Assembly (NCBI GenBank): GCA_023146355.1
Contig: JAGLCH010000223.1
Coordinates: 1-47,975 of the forward strand
Source of the DNA: Bacteriovoracaceae bacterium
GTDB taxonomy: Bacteria > Bdellovibrionota > Bacteriovoracia > Bacteriovoracales > Bacteriovoracaceae
Reading direction: 5' to 3'
DNA: 47,975 nucleotides
Part shown: in pieces, positions 38,816 to 47,975 of the stretch
Layout: every line of letters begins with the position of its first letter
Numbering within the stretch: the stretch's first letter is position 1
Program-made: the position numbers and the translations under genes
The notes under the pieces: model-generated
Databases searched by the model: none
What the model saw: only the letters and a program-made list of their open reading frames with translations
What the model was told of the DNA's origin: nothing

Positions 38816-39145
38816 ATGAAAAATATATTTGTAATTTGTTTGACGATGATGTTGTTTTCAAGTGCTTTTGCGACCACGCCAAGCTTGTATAAAAGTAAAT
38901 ACTCAAAGTATACTTTTGGGGTTTCTGAGAAAATATCGAAAATGATTCATGAAGAATTAAGCTCCGTAGACGCTATCCTTCAGGATGTTGACGCAATGGT
39001 GGGGCTGGATTCTGATGCTGGCCATACTCCATGGGCATTCTCGAGATTTCGTTATAGAGTAGGTGCTTTTTTTACTATGAAGATACCTCGTATTGCATCA
39101 TTTAAAATTCAATCTCATCTAGAGTTTTATTTTACTAAAAAATAA
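38816..39145 (+). CDS. Small secreted protein with one divergent copy of the module
   Basis: Signal peptide MKNIFVICLTMMLFSSAFA and C-terminal TPWAFSRFRYRVGAFFTMKIPRIASFKIQSHLEFYFTKK. The Trp is at residue 73, the same position as in the 37222 lipoprotein precursor. Confidence 0.55.
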   Translation: MKNIFVICLTMMLFSSAFATTPSLYKSKYSKYTFGVSEKISKMIHEELSSVDAILQDVDAMVGLDSDAGHTPWAFSRFRYRVGAFFTMKIPRIASFKIQSHLEFYFTKK

Positions 39146-39186
39146 AAGTATTTAACTATTTTATTAAATACTTTTTAAGAGTTTAT

Positions 39187-39220
39187 ATGCCTCCGGTACT
39201 TAATCGGAGGCATTTTAATT
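39187..39220 (+). terminator. Rho-independent terminator closing the three-gene cassette
   Basis: ATGCCTCCG-(9 nt)-CGGAGGCAT perfect 9-bp stem followed by TTTTAATTTT. Confidence 0.75.
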
Positions 39221-39292
39221 TTCTGCAGAGGAGAAGTGTTTTAACGTGGTTTTCTAATTCATGTTATATTCTTTTTTGATATCAAATAGGAA

Positions 39293-39658
39293 ATGGGCGC
39301 AATGACAAATTTTTTGATCTATATAAAAAGTGAATTGGCTTACTTAGCTCTACTCTTTATTTTTTTTGTTTTGCCACTAGGCCTTTTTTTTCAATTTTCA
39401 AGTTACCCATTACCAAAAATTCAGTATGTCGTTCTTGGGGTATTACTTCTCTCGCAATATTTCTTTTACAGTGAAAAGGCCTATCGTCGACGAACTGAAT
39501 GTAAGGCATCCCTCCAATTAAGGAAGGAGATGGGTAAAATGCCATCAATTAAAATAACTAACGCACGTGTTAATCTTCTTATTGTTTGTAGGGGCGTAAG
39601 CATCTGTACTGCCGCTTTATCTGTCCTGACTCTCATGGTTATTTATCGACAGTTTTGA
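39293..39658 (+). CDS. Hypothetical small membrane protein
   Basis: Three hydrophobic segments, no homology recognised, weak start context (ATG 39293 or 39302). It could be spurious. Confidence 0.3.
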   Translation: MGAMTNFLIYIKSELAYLALLFIFFVLPLGLFFQFSSYPLPKIQYVVLGVLLLSQYFFYSEKAYRRRTECKASLQLRKEMGKMPSIKITNARVNLLIVCRGVSICTAALSVLTLMVIYRQF

Positions 39659-39680
39659 CTGGTAAAGGCGTGAGGGATTT

Positions 39681-41258
39681 TTAGTGTAGCTTTTTCTTGA
39701 TCTCTCTTTTGAACTCTTCTGAAAGGGGGAAGTGCATTGCAATTTTAAGGGGTGTCTTCCCATTTAGAATTGTATGCTCTAGGTTATTCTCGGTAATCTT
39801 TAATACCTCAAATGGCATTCTTCCAATAAGATCCTTAACGGTCAGCTCTCGATCAATCTCTCGATCAAACTCTAAATCTTTCATTTTGTAGAGTGATATC
39901 TCTTTGTTTTGAAGGATACTAGGGTAGTGAGTGGATGCTAAAAATACTAAATCTTTTTGTCCCATAATTTTCAGAGTAATGTCGCACAAAGTGGCACCAC
40001 TTTCTGGACTAGTTGATTGAAACAACTCATCAGAAAAGATGTAACTACTATCTTCAAAATCTTGAGAGTAAAACTCCAGCTCCTGACCAAAACTTGAAAT
40101 ATTTTGGTCAAGTGAGCCTGAACTTTTGAGTAGAATGTTGATTGTTGTGGGGTATTTTAGCTTTATGCTCTTTGCAGGAATAGGTAGGCCAAACCTAACA
40201 CATTGTAGAATGAAATAAAGTGTTTTTAGAATCGTTGTTTTACCTGACATATTTGAGCCATAAATAATATTGGCGCCACTATCTAATAAAATGTTTAGGG
40301 GGATATATTTATCTTTTCTATTTTCCTTAAGTATGGGAAGAATTCCGTCTTTGAGTTCAATTTCAGTTGTTTGGGTAAATACAGGAAGACAGAGTTTATT
40401 ATCTAGTGCTGTTAGGCAAATGGTATATTTTAAAAGGCGGTCCTTCCTTGCATGATAGATGCGAAGAAACACTTCGGTATATGCTGAGATCTCATAATTG
40501 ATTTCCCTCAGTTTTACATCGATTGTCTGCTTAAACAGAGTCGTGAGTTCTTCTCTCTTCTTTTCAATTTCTTGAAGAACTGGAGTCAATTTATAATCAA
40601 TAGTATAGTGCGTACCCTCTTTGGTTACTTTTAGTTCACTTGATTTAGATGCCTTTTTTACCACATCTGTTTCAGATTCAAATGACTTGGGGTAGGGGTA
40701 AATCATTCGATGATTTATTTCCTTACTAACCTTCTTTTCATAATCTTTTAGCACATGGTTAAATGTATCATCGACAGTATGGATTTCCTCTCTTAAGGAT
40801 TTTTCTACAGGACTTAGCTTTAAAGAAGTGGCCTCACCATCAGCATATTTTTCTAGGATACCAAGAAGAAGATCTATGGTACCCGTATTTGAAAGAAGAG
40901 GGTGGTGTTTTCCTTCACGCGCAATGAGGTCTCGCTCGACCTTTAAGAACTGGTAAAGTTGGTGAAGATGAAACTGCTCAAGTTCTTTCTTTTGTAGAAA
41001 GGGGATTAGGGAGTCTAGTTGAGGAAGCAGGCGTCCTCTACTGATTAGTTGGTCAATCGAAATTTCTCCAGCATCATGAAGATCTAGTAACTCCCCGAGT
41101 TTCTTGAAGTGCGCCACGCCCTGCTCTTTACTCAGAGGCACTAGGATTGTATGAGGAATTAGTGGTATATCTCGATTAAAGGTTTCCAGGTAATTCTTTA
41201 TACCAAGCTCTACGTGGAGCTCACTTTTAATGCTGTCTTGTACTAACTCTAACCGCAT
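39681..41258 (-). CDS. MutS-domain-V-only ABC-type ATPase with a helical N-terminal region (no mismatch-binding or clamp domains recognisable)
   Basis: Walker A GSNMSGKTT (nt 40236-40259), Walker B/D-loop-like IFSDELFQSTSPESG and LASTHY (MutS FATHY). The start overlaps the upstream P-loop gene by 32 nt. Confidence 0.75.
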   Translation of the reverse strand: MRLELVQDSIKSELHVELGIKNYLETFNRDIPLIPHTILVPLSKEQGVAHFKKLGELLDLHDAGEISIDQLISRGRLLPQLDSLIPFLQKKELEQFHLHQLYQFLKVERDLIAREGKHHPLLSNTGTIDLLLGILEKYADGEATSLKLSPVEKSLREEIHTVDDTFNHVLKDYEKKVSKEINHRMIYPYPKSFESETDVVKKASKSSELKVTKEGTHYTIDYKLTPVLQEIEKKREELTTLFKQTIDVKLREINYEISAYTEVFLRIYHARKDRLLKYTICLTALDNKLCLPVFTQTTEIELKDGILPILKENRKDKYIPLNILLDSGANIIYGSNMSGKTTILKTLYFILQCVRFGLPIPAKSIKLKYPTTINILLKSSGSLDQNISSFGQELEFYSQDFEDSSYIFSDELFQSTSPESGATLCDITLKIMGQKDLVFLASTHYPSILQNKEISLYKMKDLEFDREIDRELTVKDLIGRMPFEVLKITENNLEHTILNGKTPLKIAMHFPLSEEFKREIKKKLH

Positions 41259-42216
41259 GAAAGTCCTCTTTGAAGATATTTGTTACTGGAACAGTACCAG
41301 GGTCTAAATCAAACTCACTATCTTCTTCTTTGATAAATATATGCTCAACTATCACCGGATGGAATAGAGCTAGAAGTGGATTAAAGATCCTCTTATTAAC
41401 CGACTGCTTAAGTGTAATGTTGTGGTACAAGGTAAAATTATCAAGCACAACTGTTAGCTTTTTGTATGGTGCGAGAAAACTATATAAAGATTTGGTTAAT
41501 GCTCCTGCTAGATAAAGTATACACTCTTTATCCAGCATCTCTTCTAGTTGTGATTTGAGTTCATTATCCATGAAGGGAATCATTGTACTCTTATATTGGA
41601 GCGTGTTATTCGGACCAAGAAGGATTGATTTTACTGATTCTGTTTTGTGCTCTGAAATTGCGCTATGCCGTTTAGGGTCGCACGTGGGAAACTTCAGGGG
41701 TTCGAGTAGGTCTTCTGCTTTTTGTCGCTGCTCTTTTCTGCTCGAAATAAGAAGTGAAAAGTAGAATGCGTCAGATACTTCCGGAGATGCCACAAACTGA
41801 CGGTCAATAGATCCATCTATCATCAAAGTTAGATCATTGAAGCTCTCACTAATTGTTTTTTTTATTTTTTGAATCTCATGCTTCTCATTTGGGCCCTCCA
41901 GAATAATCTTAAAAGGAGTAATGGTCCTGCCCATAACAAATTGCTTTTTATAGGTAGGAGGAGAAAAGACTTTTATGGTTTCGTATTTTCCATTGTGATC
42001 AGTGAGATGAGTACCTGCTGTAATAAAATAGCTATCGGTAATTGTTGTGATTATAGGTTTACTATGGCCCTCGTAGTTATCGAGTTTTTCCCCATTTAGT
42101 CCAATGGAGGTAATACAGATTGGGGAAGCTTCCCGACTTAACTTGTCATAAACAAAGTTGAAGCTAGTAGTCTTCCCCGCATTTTTATCAGATCCGATAA
42201 ACGAGATTGTGTACAT
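41227..42216 (-). CDS. P-loop NTPase of unknown function
   Basis: N-terminal Walker A IGSDKNAGKTT (nt 42166-42195) and a possible Walker B LTLMIDGS. The ATG lies 2 nt after the kdd stop. Confidence 0.6.
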   Translation of the reverse strand: MYTISFIGSDKNAGKTTSFNFVYDKLSREASPICITSIGLNGEKLDNYEGHSKPIITTITDSYFITAGTHLTDHNGKYETIKVFSPPTYKKQFVMGRTITPFKIILEGPNEKHEIQKIKKTISESFNDLTLMIDGSIDRQFVASPEVSDAFYFSLLISSRKEQRQKAEDLLEPLKFPTCDPKRHSAISEHKTESVKSILLGPNNTLQYKSTMIPFMDNELKSQLEEMLDKECILYLAGALTKSLYSFLAPYKKLTVVLDNFTLYHNITLKQSVNKRIFNPLLALFHPVIVEHIFIKEEDSEFDLDPGTVPVTNIFKEDFHAVRVSTRQH

Positions 42217-42218
42217 CT

Positions 42219-43256
42219 TTAGCAGTACACGCGCTCGAAAAGTTCTCTTAGTTTCTTATGTTCTCTGATTACCTTTAAAGAGATCTCATCGTTGTTTGGA
42301 GCATAACCATTACCAACAATTAAAAGAGCATCAGAGCCAATTCCCTCTGCCCCAAGTGCGGCCTTTGAGAAGCTTGTTGCCATCGAGAAGAGGTAAACTG
42401 TTCCATCAACTTTCGCTGCCATGATTGAAGACATTTCAATATTGTCCACAGATGCAACGTTGATTACGAGGTCGGCCATCTCACCATTTGTAAGGTCAGA
42501 TATTGATCTTTGTACTGCAAGAGGGTCAGTCGCATCGACATCGAGAATATGGTCACAGCACTCGAGTTCTTTAAGTCTCGCTTGTCCACCTTTACCAGGT
42601 TCAATTGCAATCAGTTTTCCTGTGTTTCCAAGAATCTCTCTTGCAACAACAGAGCAAAGTGATCCTGACTTTCCACCTGCCCCAATAATCACTACAGTTT
42701 GTCCAGGTTTAACAAGCTTATAGGCCTGAGCTGGAGCTCCCGCGACGTCAAGTACAGCAAGAGCTAGAATCTGGTCCATATCTGTTGGGATCTTAGCAAC
42801 TGGTCCCGATGGGAAAAATATTGCGTGGCCCTTAATTTTTACTTGGTCACGCTCAGGGAAAATTTCAATAATTTCATCAATGTGAAGTGGTGTTAGTGAA
42901 AGAGAAACAAGCGATGCCATCTTGTCACCAACAGTGAAGCCATTTTTATTAGGGTATTCTGGGCCGATCTCTTTAACTGTTCCAAGAAGCATCCCTCCTG
43001 AACCCGTTACAGGATTTTGCTGCTTTCCACGCTCGGCAACAATTCCACAAATCATCTCACCGACTTTCTTAAGGTCGCCGCCACAGGCCTCTTTCATTTG
43101 AGTGAAAGATGCAGAGTCGATATTGAGTGTATCAACTTCAACGAGTAGCTCATTTGAGCGGATGGGTAGGGTATTATCAATTTTTTGGGCATTTTGTGGA
43201 AGCGCATTCGCTGGCTCGATGACGCGATGTGTTCCATACTGGCAGATGTGAGTCAT
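42219..43256 (-). CDS. kdd: L-erythro-3,5-diaminohexanoate dehydrogenase
   Basis: 345 aa. N-terminal YGTHRVIEP...LPQ and the LNIDSASFTQ segment match my recollection of Kdd. Rossmann motif VVIIGAGGKSG. Confidence 0.8.
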   Translation of the reverse strand: MTHICQYGTHRVIEPANALPQNAQKIDNTLPIRSNELLVEVDTLNIDSASFTQMKEACGGDLKKVGEMICGIVAERGKQQNPVTGSGGMLLGTVKEIGPEYPNKNGFTVGDKMASLVSLSLTPLHIDEIIEIFPERDQVKIKGHAIFFPSGPVAKIPTDMDQILALAVLDVAGAPAQAYKLVKPGQTVVIIGAGGKSGSLCSVVAREILGNTGKLIAIEPGKGGQARLKELECCDHILDVDATDPLAVQRSISDLTNGEMADLVINVASVDNIEMSSIMAAKVDGTVYLFSMATSFSKAALGAEGIGSDALLIVGNGYAPNNDEISLKVIREHKKLRELFERVYC

Positions 43257-43426
43257 TAGTGCTCCTTAAATAGGGTGTTAATCTTCTTCAAAAGTACCAA
43301 ATTTCTTTCAAAGGTTCCACCCTTGCACTGTTTTATTTATCACAACAATTGTCACTCTCTTTTGGTGGTTTGGCCTCCCCATTTGGTATATGATGTGTTT
43401 GATACTTAAATTTGATAGGGGACTTC

Positions 43427-46372
43427 ATGGAAGTAAGTAACTACAGTTGTTATCACGATTTGATGCCTAATAGAGTCAAAAATATTCTTGTTGTTTCAAG
43501 CCCGTATGATGCTTTTATTATGGAGCAGGATGGTGGACTTCTAGAACATGTTTTCATGCAGGTGCGGGGAATTAGTTTAGTCGAACCACCACGATTTACA
43601 GTTGTTTCTTCTGGAGATGAGGCATTTGAAATACTTGGATTAAAGAAGTTTGATCTCGTTCTCTCCATGCCCCGTTACCTAGATAAAGAAAAAACGATTA
43701 TTTTTGCAAAGGCCATCAAAGAAATTCAGCTTGTTCCGGTTGTTTTGATGGTTCGAAGTGCCAAAGAGCTTAGTCACAAAGTTAAAAACTATCCTAAAGA
43801 TATCATTGATAATGTTTTTATGTGGTCAGGTAATCGAAGTGTACTTTGGTCTGTTCTTAAGTGGTGTGAAGACCGAATGAACGCTGAGCATGATACCCAG
43901 TTGGCAGATGTTAGAACAATCATCGTTATTGAGGACTCACCTTACTATTACTCATCATTGCTACCCATGCTTTATCGCTCAATTGTAAAGCAAACTCAAG
44001 CAGTAATGGACGATACTTTAAGTGATGAGCACCGCTTAGTTAAGCTTCGAGCGCGCACAAAGATTCTATTGGCGACAGATTATGAAGAGGCCGAAGTCCT
44101 ATATAAAAAATTTCGTCCCTATCTTTTGGGGATTGTCTCCGATACTCGCTTTCCTAGAGCAGGGGAAGTTGATGCTGAGGCCGGAATAAAATTTTTAAAA
44201 ATGGTTAAGAAAGATATGCCTGAACTTCCATTACTTCTCACAAGTACTGAGGGAATTAATAGAGAAAAGGCAAAAGAGATCCCTGCAAGGTTTCAGGATA
44301 AAAACTCTGCCCACCTTCACAAAGAGCTACGCAAGTTTCTTGTTAGTAATATGGGGTTTGGAGACTTTATATTCAGACTTCCATCTGGGGAAGAGGTGGT
44401 CCGTGCATCAAATTTTAAGGCGATGGAAAAAGCACTAAAGCATGTTCCAAAAGAGTGTCTTCTTTATCATAGTATGCAAAACCACTTTTCCAACTGGTTT
44501 TTTGCAAGGGCCGAAGTAGAGCTAGCATCATACTTTAGAGCAATGAATCCTCACGAATTTGATTCGCCAGAAGAGATCAGGAAGTGTTTGGTTCAAGCAT
44601 TGCGCGACCATAGAAAGCAGAGACAACGTGGTATTATCGCTGAATTTAATTCTGGAGAATTTGATTTTGATTCAGTCTTTTCCAAAATGGGAGAGGGCTC
44701 TCTGGGAGGCAAGGCCCGTGGTCTTGCCTTTATGTCTCGCTATCTGAATGAAAATATTCATCGTTTCGATGAGTATCAGAATGTAAGTGTTTCCCTTCCG
44801 AAAACTGTTGTCATTGGAGCGGAATATTTTGACGAGTATGTTGAGGAAAATGATCTCTATGATTTATCGGAGCATGCATTCACAAATAAAGAAATAGCAC
44901 TAAAATTCTCTAAAGGGAGATTGCCAGAGACACTGGCAGCAGACCTTCGTGAGTTACTTGAAGTTGCAGACTATCCACTCGCTGTACGATCTTCTTCTCT
45001 TTTGGAAGATAGTCAGGAACAGCCATTTGCTGGGCTCTACGCAACCTATATGCTTCCCAATAATGATCAAGATTTTGATGAGCGCTTCTTTCAATTGGCA
45101 CATGCTGTAAAGATGGTTTACGCATCGACCTACTTTGAAGCACCAAAGGCGTTTTCTCGCACAACAAAACATCGCACAGAAGAAGAAAAAATGGCGGTTG
45201 TTATTCAGCAGGTTGTTGGGGATGTGTATGGGGAATATTTTTATCCACTTTTATCGGGGACGGCACAATCACATAACTTCTATCCTTTAAATTTTATGAA
45301 AGCAGAAGAGGGGGTCACCCAGATTTCCATGGGGCTCGGTAAAATCGTAGTTGAGGGTGGACAGACTATTCGATTCTCTCCAAAGTTTCCTAAAAAAATC
45401 GTACAGTTTTCTTCTGCCATAGACACAGTTCAAAGTTCTCAGAAGCAATTCTACTGTCTCCGTATGACTGGTGGAACATCTACGGGCGCATGGGTCGACG
45501 AAGATGTTACTCTTATTAAACGTGATGTTTCTGATGCTAAGAATGAAACACCATTTTATCTCATCGCAAGTACTTACGAGGCCAATAACGCCCGTGTGCG
45601 TGATTCATTTGATGGTAAAGGTATACCCATTTTAACCTTTGCTAGTATCTTAAAATATGGAGAGTTTCCCTTGGCCCAGGTTATTGAAACTATGCTTGAT
45701 ATTGGTAAGCGTGGTTTTGGTTGTGATATTGAAATTGAGTTTGCAGTTAACCTCAATCAGAACTACTTGGAAAGTGGCGGAAAGAAATGGGAGTTTGTGC
45801 TTCTCCAAGCAAGACCAATGATTACAGCAGATGATGGGCTCGATGTTAGCATTAGTAATAATGAAATTGAAAAATCTATGTGTTACTCCACCAACGCTCT
45901 TGGCCGCGGTGTGAGTAAAGATATCACTGATATAATCTATCTCGACCCCGAGCACTTTAACTCTATTAATTCGATGAATATCATCCCTGAGATTTCCAAG
46001 CTAAATGCGGAGCTTGAAAAAGAAGATCGAAAGTATCTTCTAGTTGGGCCTGGACGTTGGGGATCTTCTGATCACTGTTTAGGTGTTTCAGTGCAGTGGA
46101 ATGATATCTCAAGTGTTGGTGGGATCATTGAAGCTGCGACCAGCGATTTTAGACCCGACCCCTCGCAAGGGACACACTTTTTCCAAAATATCACATCATT
46201 GGGGATTGCTTATTTTACTGTCCATAATCGAGAAGATCAGCTGGACTGGGATTGGTTTAAAAATTGCGATGATGAGGCCGATTTTAAATTTATCAAGCAT
46301 ATTCGGCTAGAGAAACCCATAACTATTAAAGTCGATGGGAAGAAAAATGCAGGTGTTGTGATTATAAATTAG
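43427..46372 (+). CDS. Pseudo-REC + REC + PPDK_N (PEP/pyruvate-binding ATP-grasp)-like protein
   Basis: First receiver-like domain has FDLVLSMPRY (no acceptor Asp). Second has VIEDS...LLGIVSDTRFP...LLLTST (acceptor Asp present). The C-terminal ~560 aa contain GSLGGKARGLAFM and VRSSSLLEDS, as in the nucleotide-binding domain of PEP synthase / PPDK, but no GGxTSH swivel histidine is seen. ATG 43427 follows AGGGGA. Confidence 0.7.
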   Translation: MEVSNYSCYHDLMPNRVKNILVVSSPYDAFIMEQDGGLLEHVFMQVRGISLVEPPRFTVVSSGDEAFEILGLKKFDLVLSMPRYLDKEKTIIFAKAIKEIQLVPVVLMVRSAKELSHKVKNYPKDIIDNVFMWSGNRSVLWSVLKWCEDRMNAEHDTQLADVRTIIVIEDSPYYYSSLLPMLYRSIVKQTQAVMDDTLSDEHRLVKLRARTKILLATDYEEAEVLYKKFRPYLLGIVSDTRFPRAGEVDAEAGIKFLKMVKKDMPELPLLLTSTEGINREKAKEIPARFQDKNSAHLHKELRKFLVSNMGFGDFIFRLPSGEEVVRASNFKAMEKALKHVPKECLLYHSMQNHFSNWFFARAEVELASYFRAMNPHEFDSPEEIRKCLVQALRDHRKQRQRGIIAEFNSGEFDFDSVFSKMGEGSLGGKARGLAFMSRYLNENIHRFDEYQNVSVSLPKTVVIGAEYFDEYVEENDLYDLSEHAFTNKEIALKFSKGRLPETLAADLRELLEVADYPLAVRSSSLLEDSQEQPFAGLYATYMLPNNDQDFDERFFQLAHAVKMVYASTYFEAPKAFSRTTKHRTEEEKMAVVIQQVVGDVYGEYFYPLLSGTAQSHNFYPLNFMKAEEGVTQISMGLGKIVVEGGQTIRFSPKFPKKIVQFSSAIDTVQSSQKQFYCLRMTGGTSTGAWVDEDVTLIKRDVSDAKNETPFYLIASTYEANNARVRDSFDGKGIPILTFASILKYGEFPLAQVIETMLDIGKRGFGCDIEIEFAVNLNQNYLESGGKKWEFVLLQARPMITADDGLDVSISNNEIEKSMCYSTNALGRGVSKDITDIIYLDPEHFNSINSMNIIPEISKLNAELEKEDRKYLLVGPGRWGSSDHCLGVSVQWNDISSVGGIIEAATSDFRPDPSQGTHFFQNITSLGIAYFTVHNREDQLDWDWFKNCDDEADFKFIKHIRLEKPITIKVDGKKNAGVVIIN

Positions 46373-46417
46373 GCCGTAAGAAAAATCTCAAAAAGGAGCA
46401 GGTGCTATTTATTTTTG

Positions 46418-46446
46418 TTGGAAAAAATATTTCCCAATGGTAAAAA
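46418..46446 (+). promoter_or_regulatory. Candidate sigma70-type promoter for gdhA
   Basis: TTGGAA, a 17-nt spacer, then TAAAAA, about 80 nt upstream of the gdhA ATG. Pattern match only. Confidence 0.3.
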
Positions 46447-46518
46447 TGAATGAGTTTTATGATTTATTATGATTCTATTACAACCCAAATACTTTATTCT
46501 TTCATTTTGTTTCAGTAA

Positions 46519-47886
<1,368 letters not shown>

Positions 47887-47908
47887 TTTATCTTTTTTTG
47901 TAATACAG

Positions 47909-47932
47909 GGCCCAAAGTATATTCTTTGGGCC
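47909..47932 (+). terminator. Probable terminator after gdhA
   Basis: GGCCCAAAG-(6 nt)-CTTTGGGCC 9-bp stem. The downstream T tract is weak. Confidence 0.45.
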
Positions 47933-47975
47933 TATCTTCACAGTTATTTTGAAATTTATTAAGAAATTGAAAGCA

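Noticed and set aside
37222-39658. The cassette as a mobile element or defence island
   Set aside because: There is no integrase, transposase, recombinase, nuclease, helicase or toxin-like motif. There are no flanking direct or inverted repeats and no obvious compositional break by eye. It is kept only as an insertion of unknown origin.
39681-41258. The MutS-like gene as a DNA mismatch repair or MutS2 gene
   Set aside because: Only the ATPase core is present. It has no Smr or mismatch-binding domain, and it is translationally coupled to lysine-fermentation genes.

Overview
AT-rich window from a Gram-negative-type chromosome (MotB, cmoA/cmoB, LepB, OMP-like genes). The gene content loosely resembles a Bdellovibrio-like or deltaproteobacterial lineage, but that is a low-confidence guess. 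I found no rRNA, tRNA, CRISPR array, transposase or integrase. About 50 CDSs are supportable. 1-23.9 kb is mostly housekeeping: fabH, ppiA, slyD, cmoBA, a NifS-like desulfurase plus thiI, pgi, a CPA2 antiporter, lepB and nagB. 24.0-27.2 kb is an ornithine carbamoyltransferase / unknown gene / arginine deiminase operon. 27.3-30.6 kb is one 1088-aa ORF that fuses a degenerate protoporphyrinogen-oxidase-like domain to a eukaryote-type GH13 branching enzyme. 32.6-43.3 kb is a B12-dependent lysine-fermentation locus on the minus strand: kdd, a P-loop ATPase, a MutS-domain-V ATPase, kamD, kamE, a class-III aminotransferase and kce. A REC-REC-PPDK_N protein and gdhA follow it. The best candidate for something undescribed is a plus-strand three-gene cassette at 37222-39145 that splits the lysine operon. 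It encodes a lipoprotein, a 416-aa secreted protein and a small secreted protein. All three are built from one reiterated ~37-aa module (Trp, then Ser/Gly-rich strands with SxSG, then an aromatic residue followed by basic residues), and I cannot assign that module to any family. Secondary leads: the translationally coupled MutS-like/P-loop pair (a possible aminomutase reactivase), the unknown gene inside the arginine deiminase operon, the PPO-branching enzyme fusion, and several receiver domains that lack the normal phospho-acceptor chemistry. All function calls come from motif recognition by eye in the supplied translations. No database search was run.
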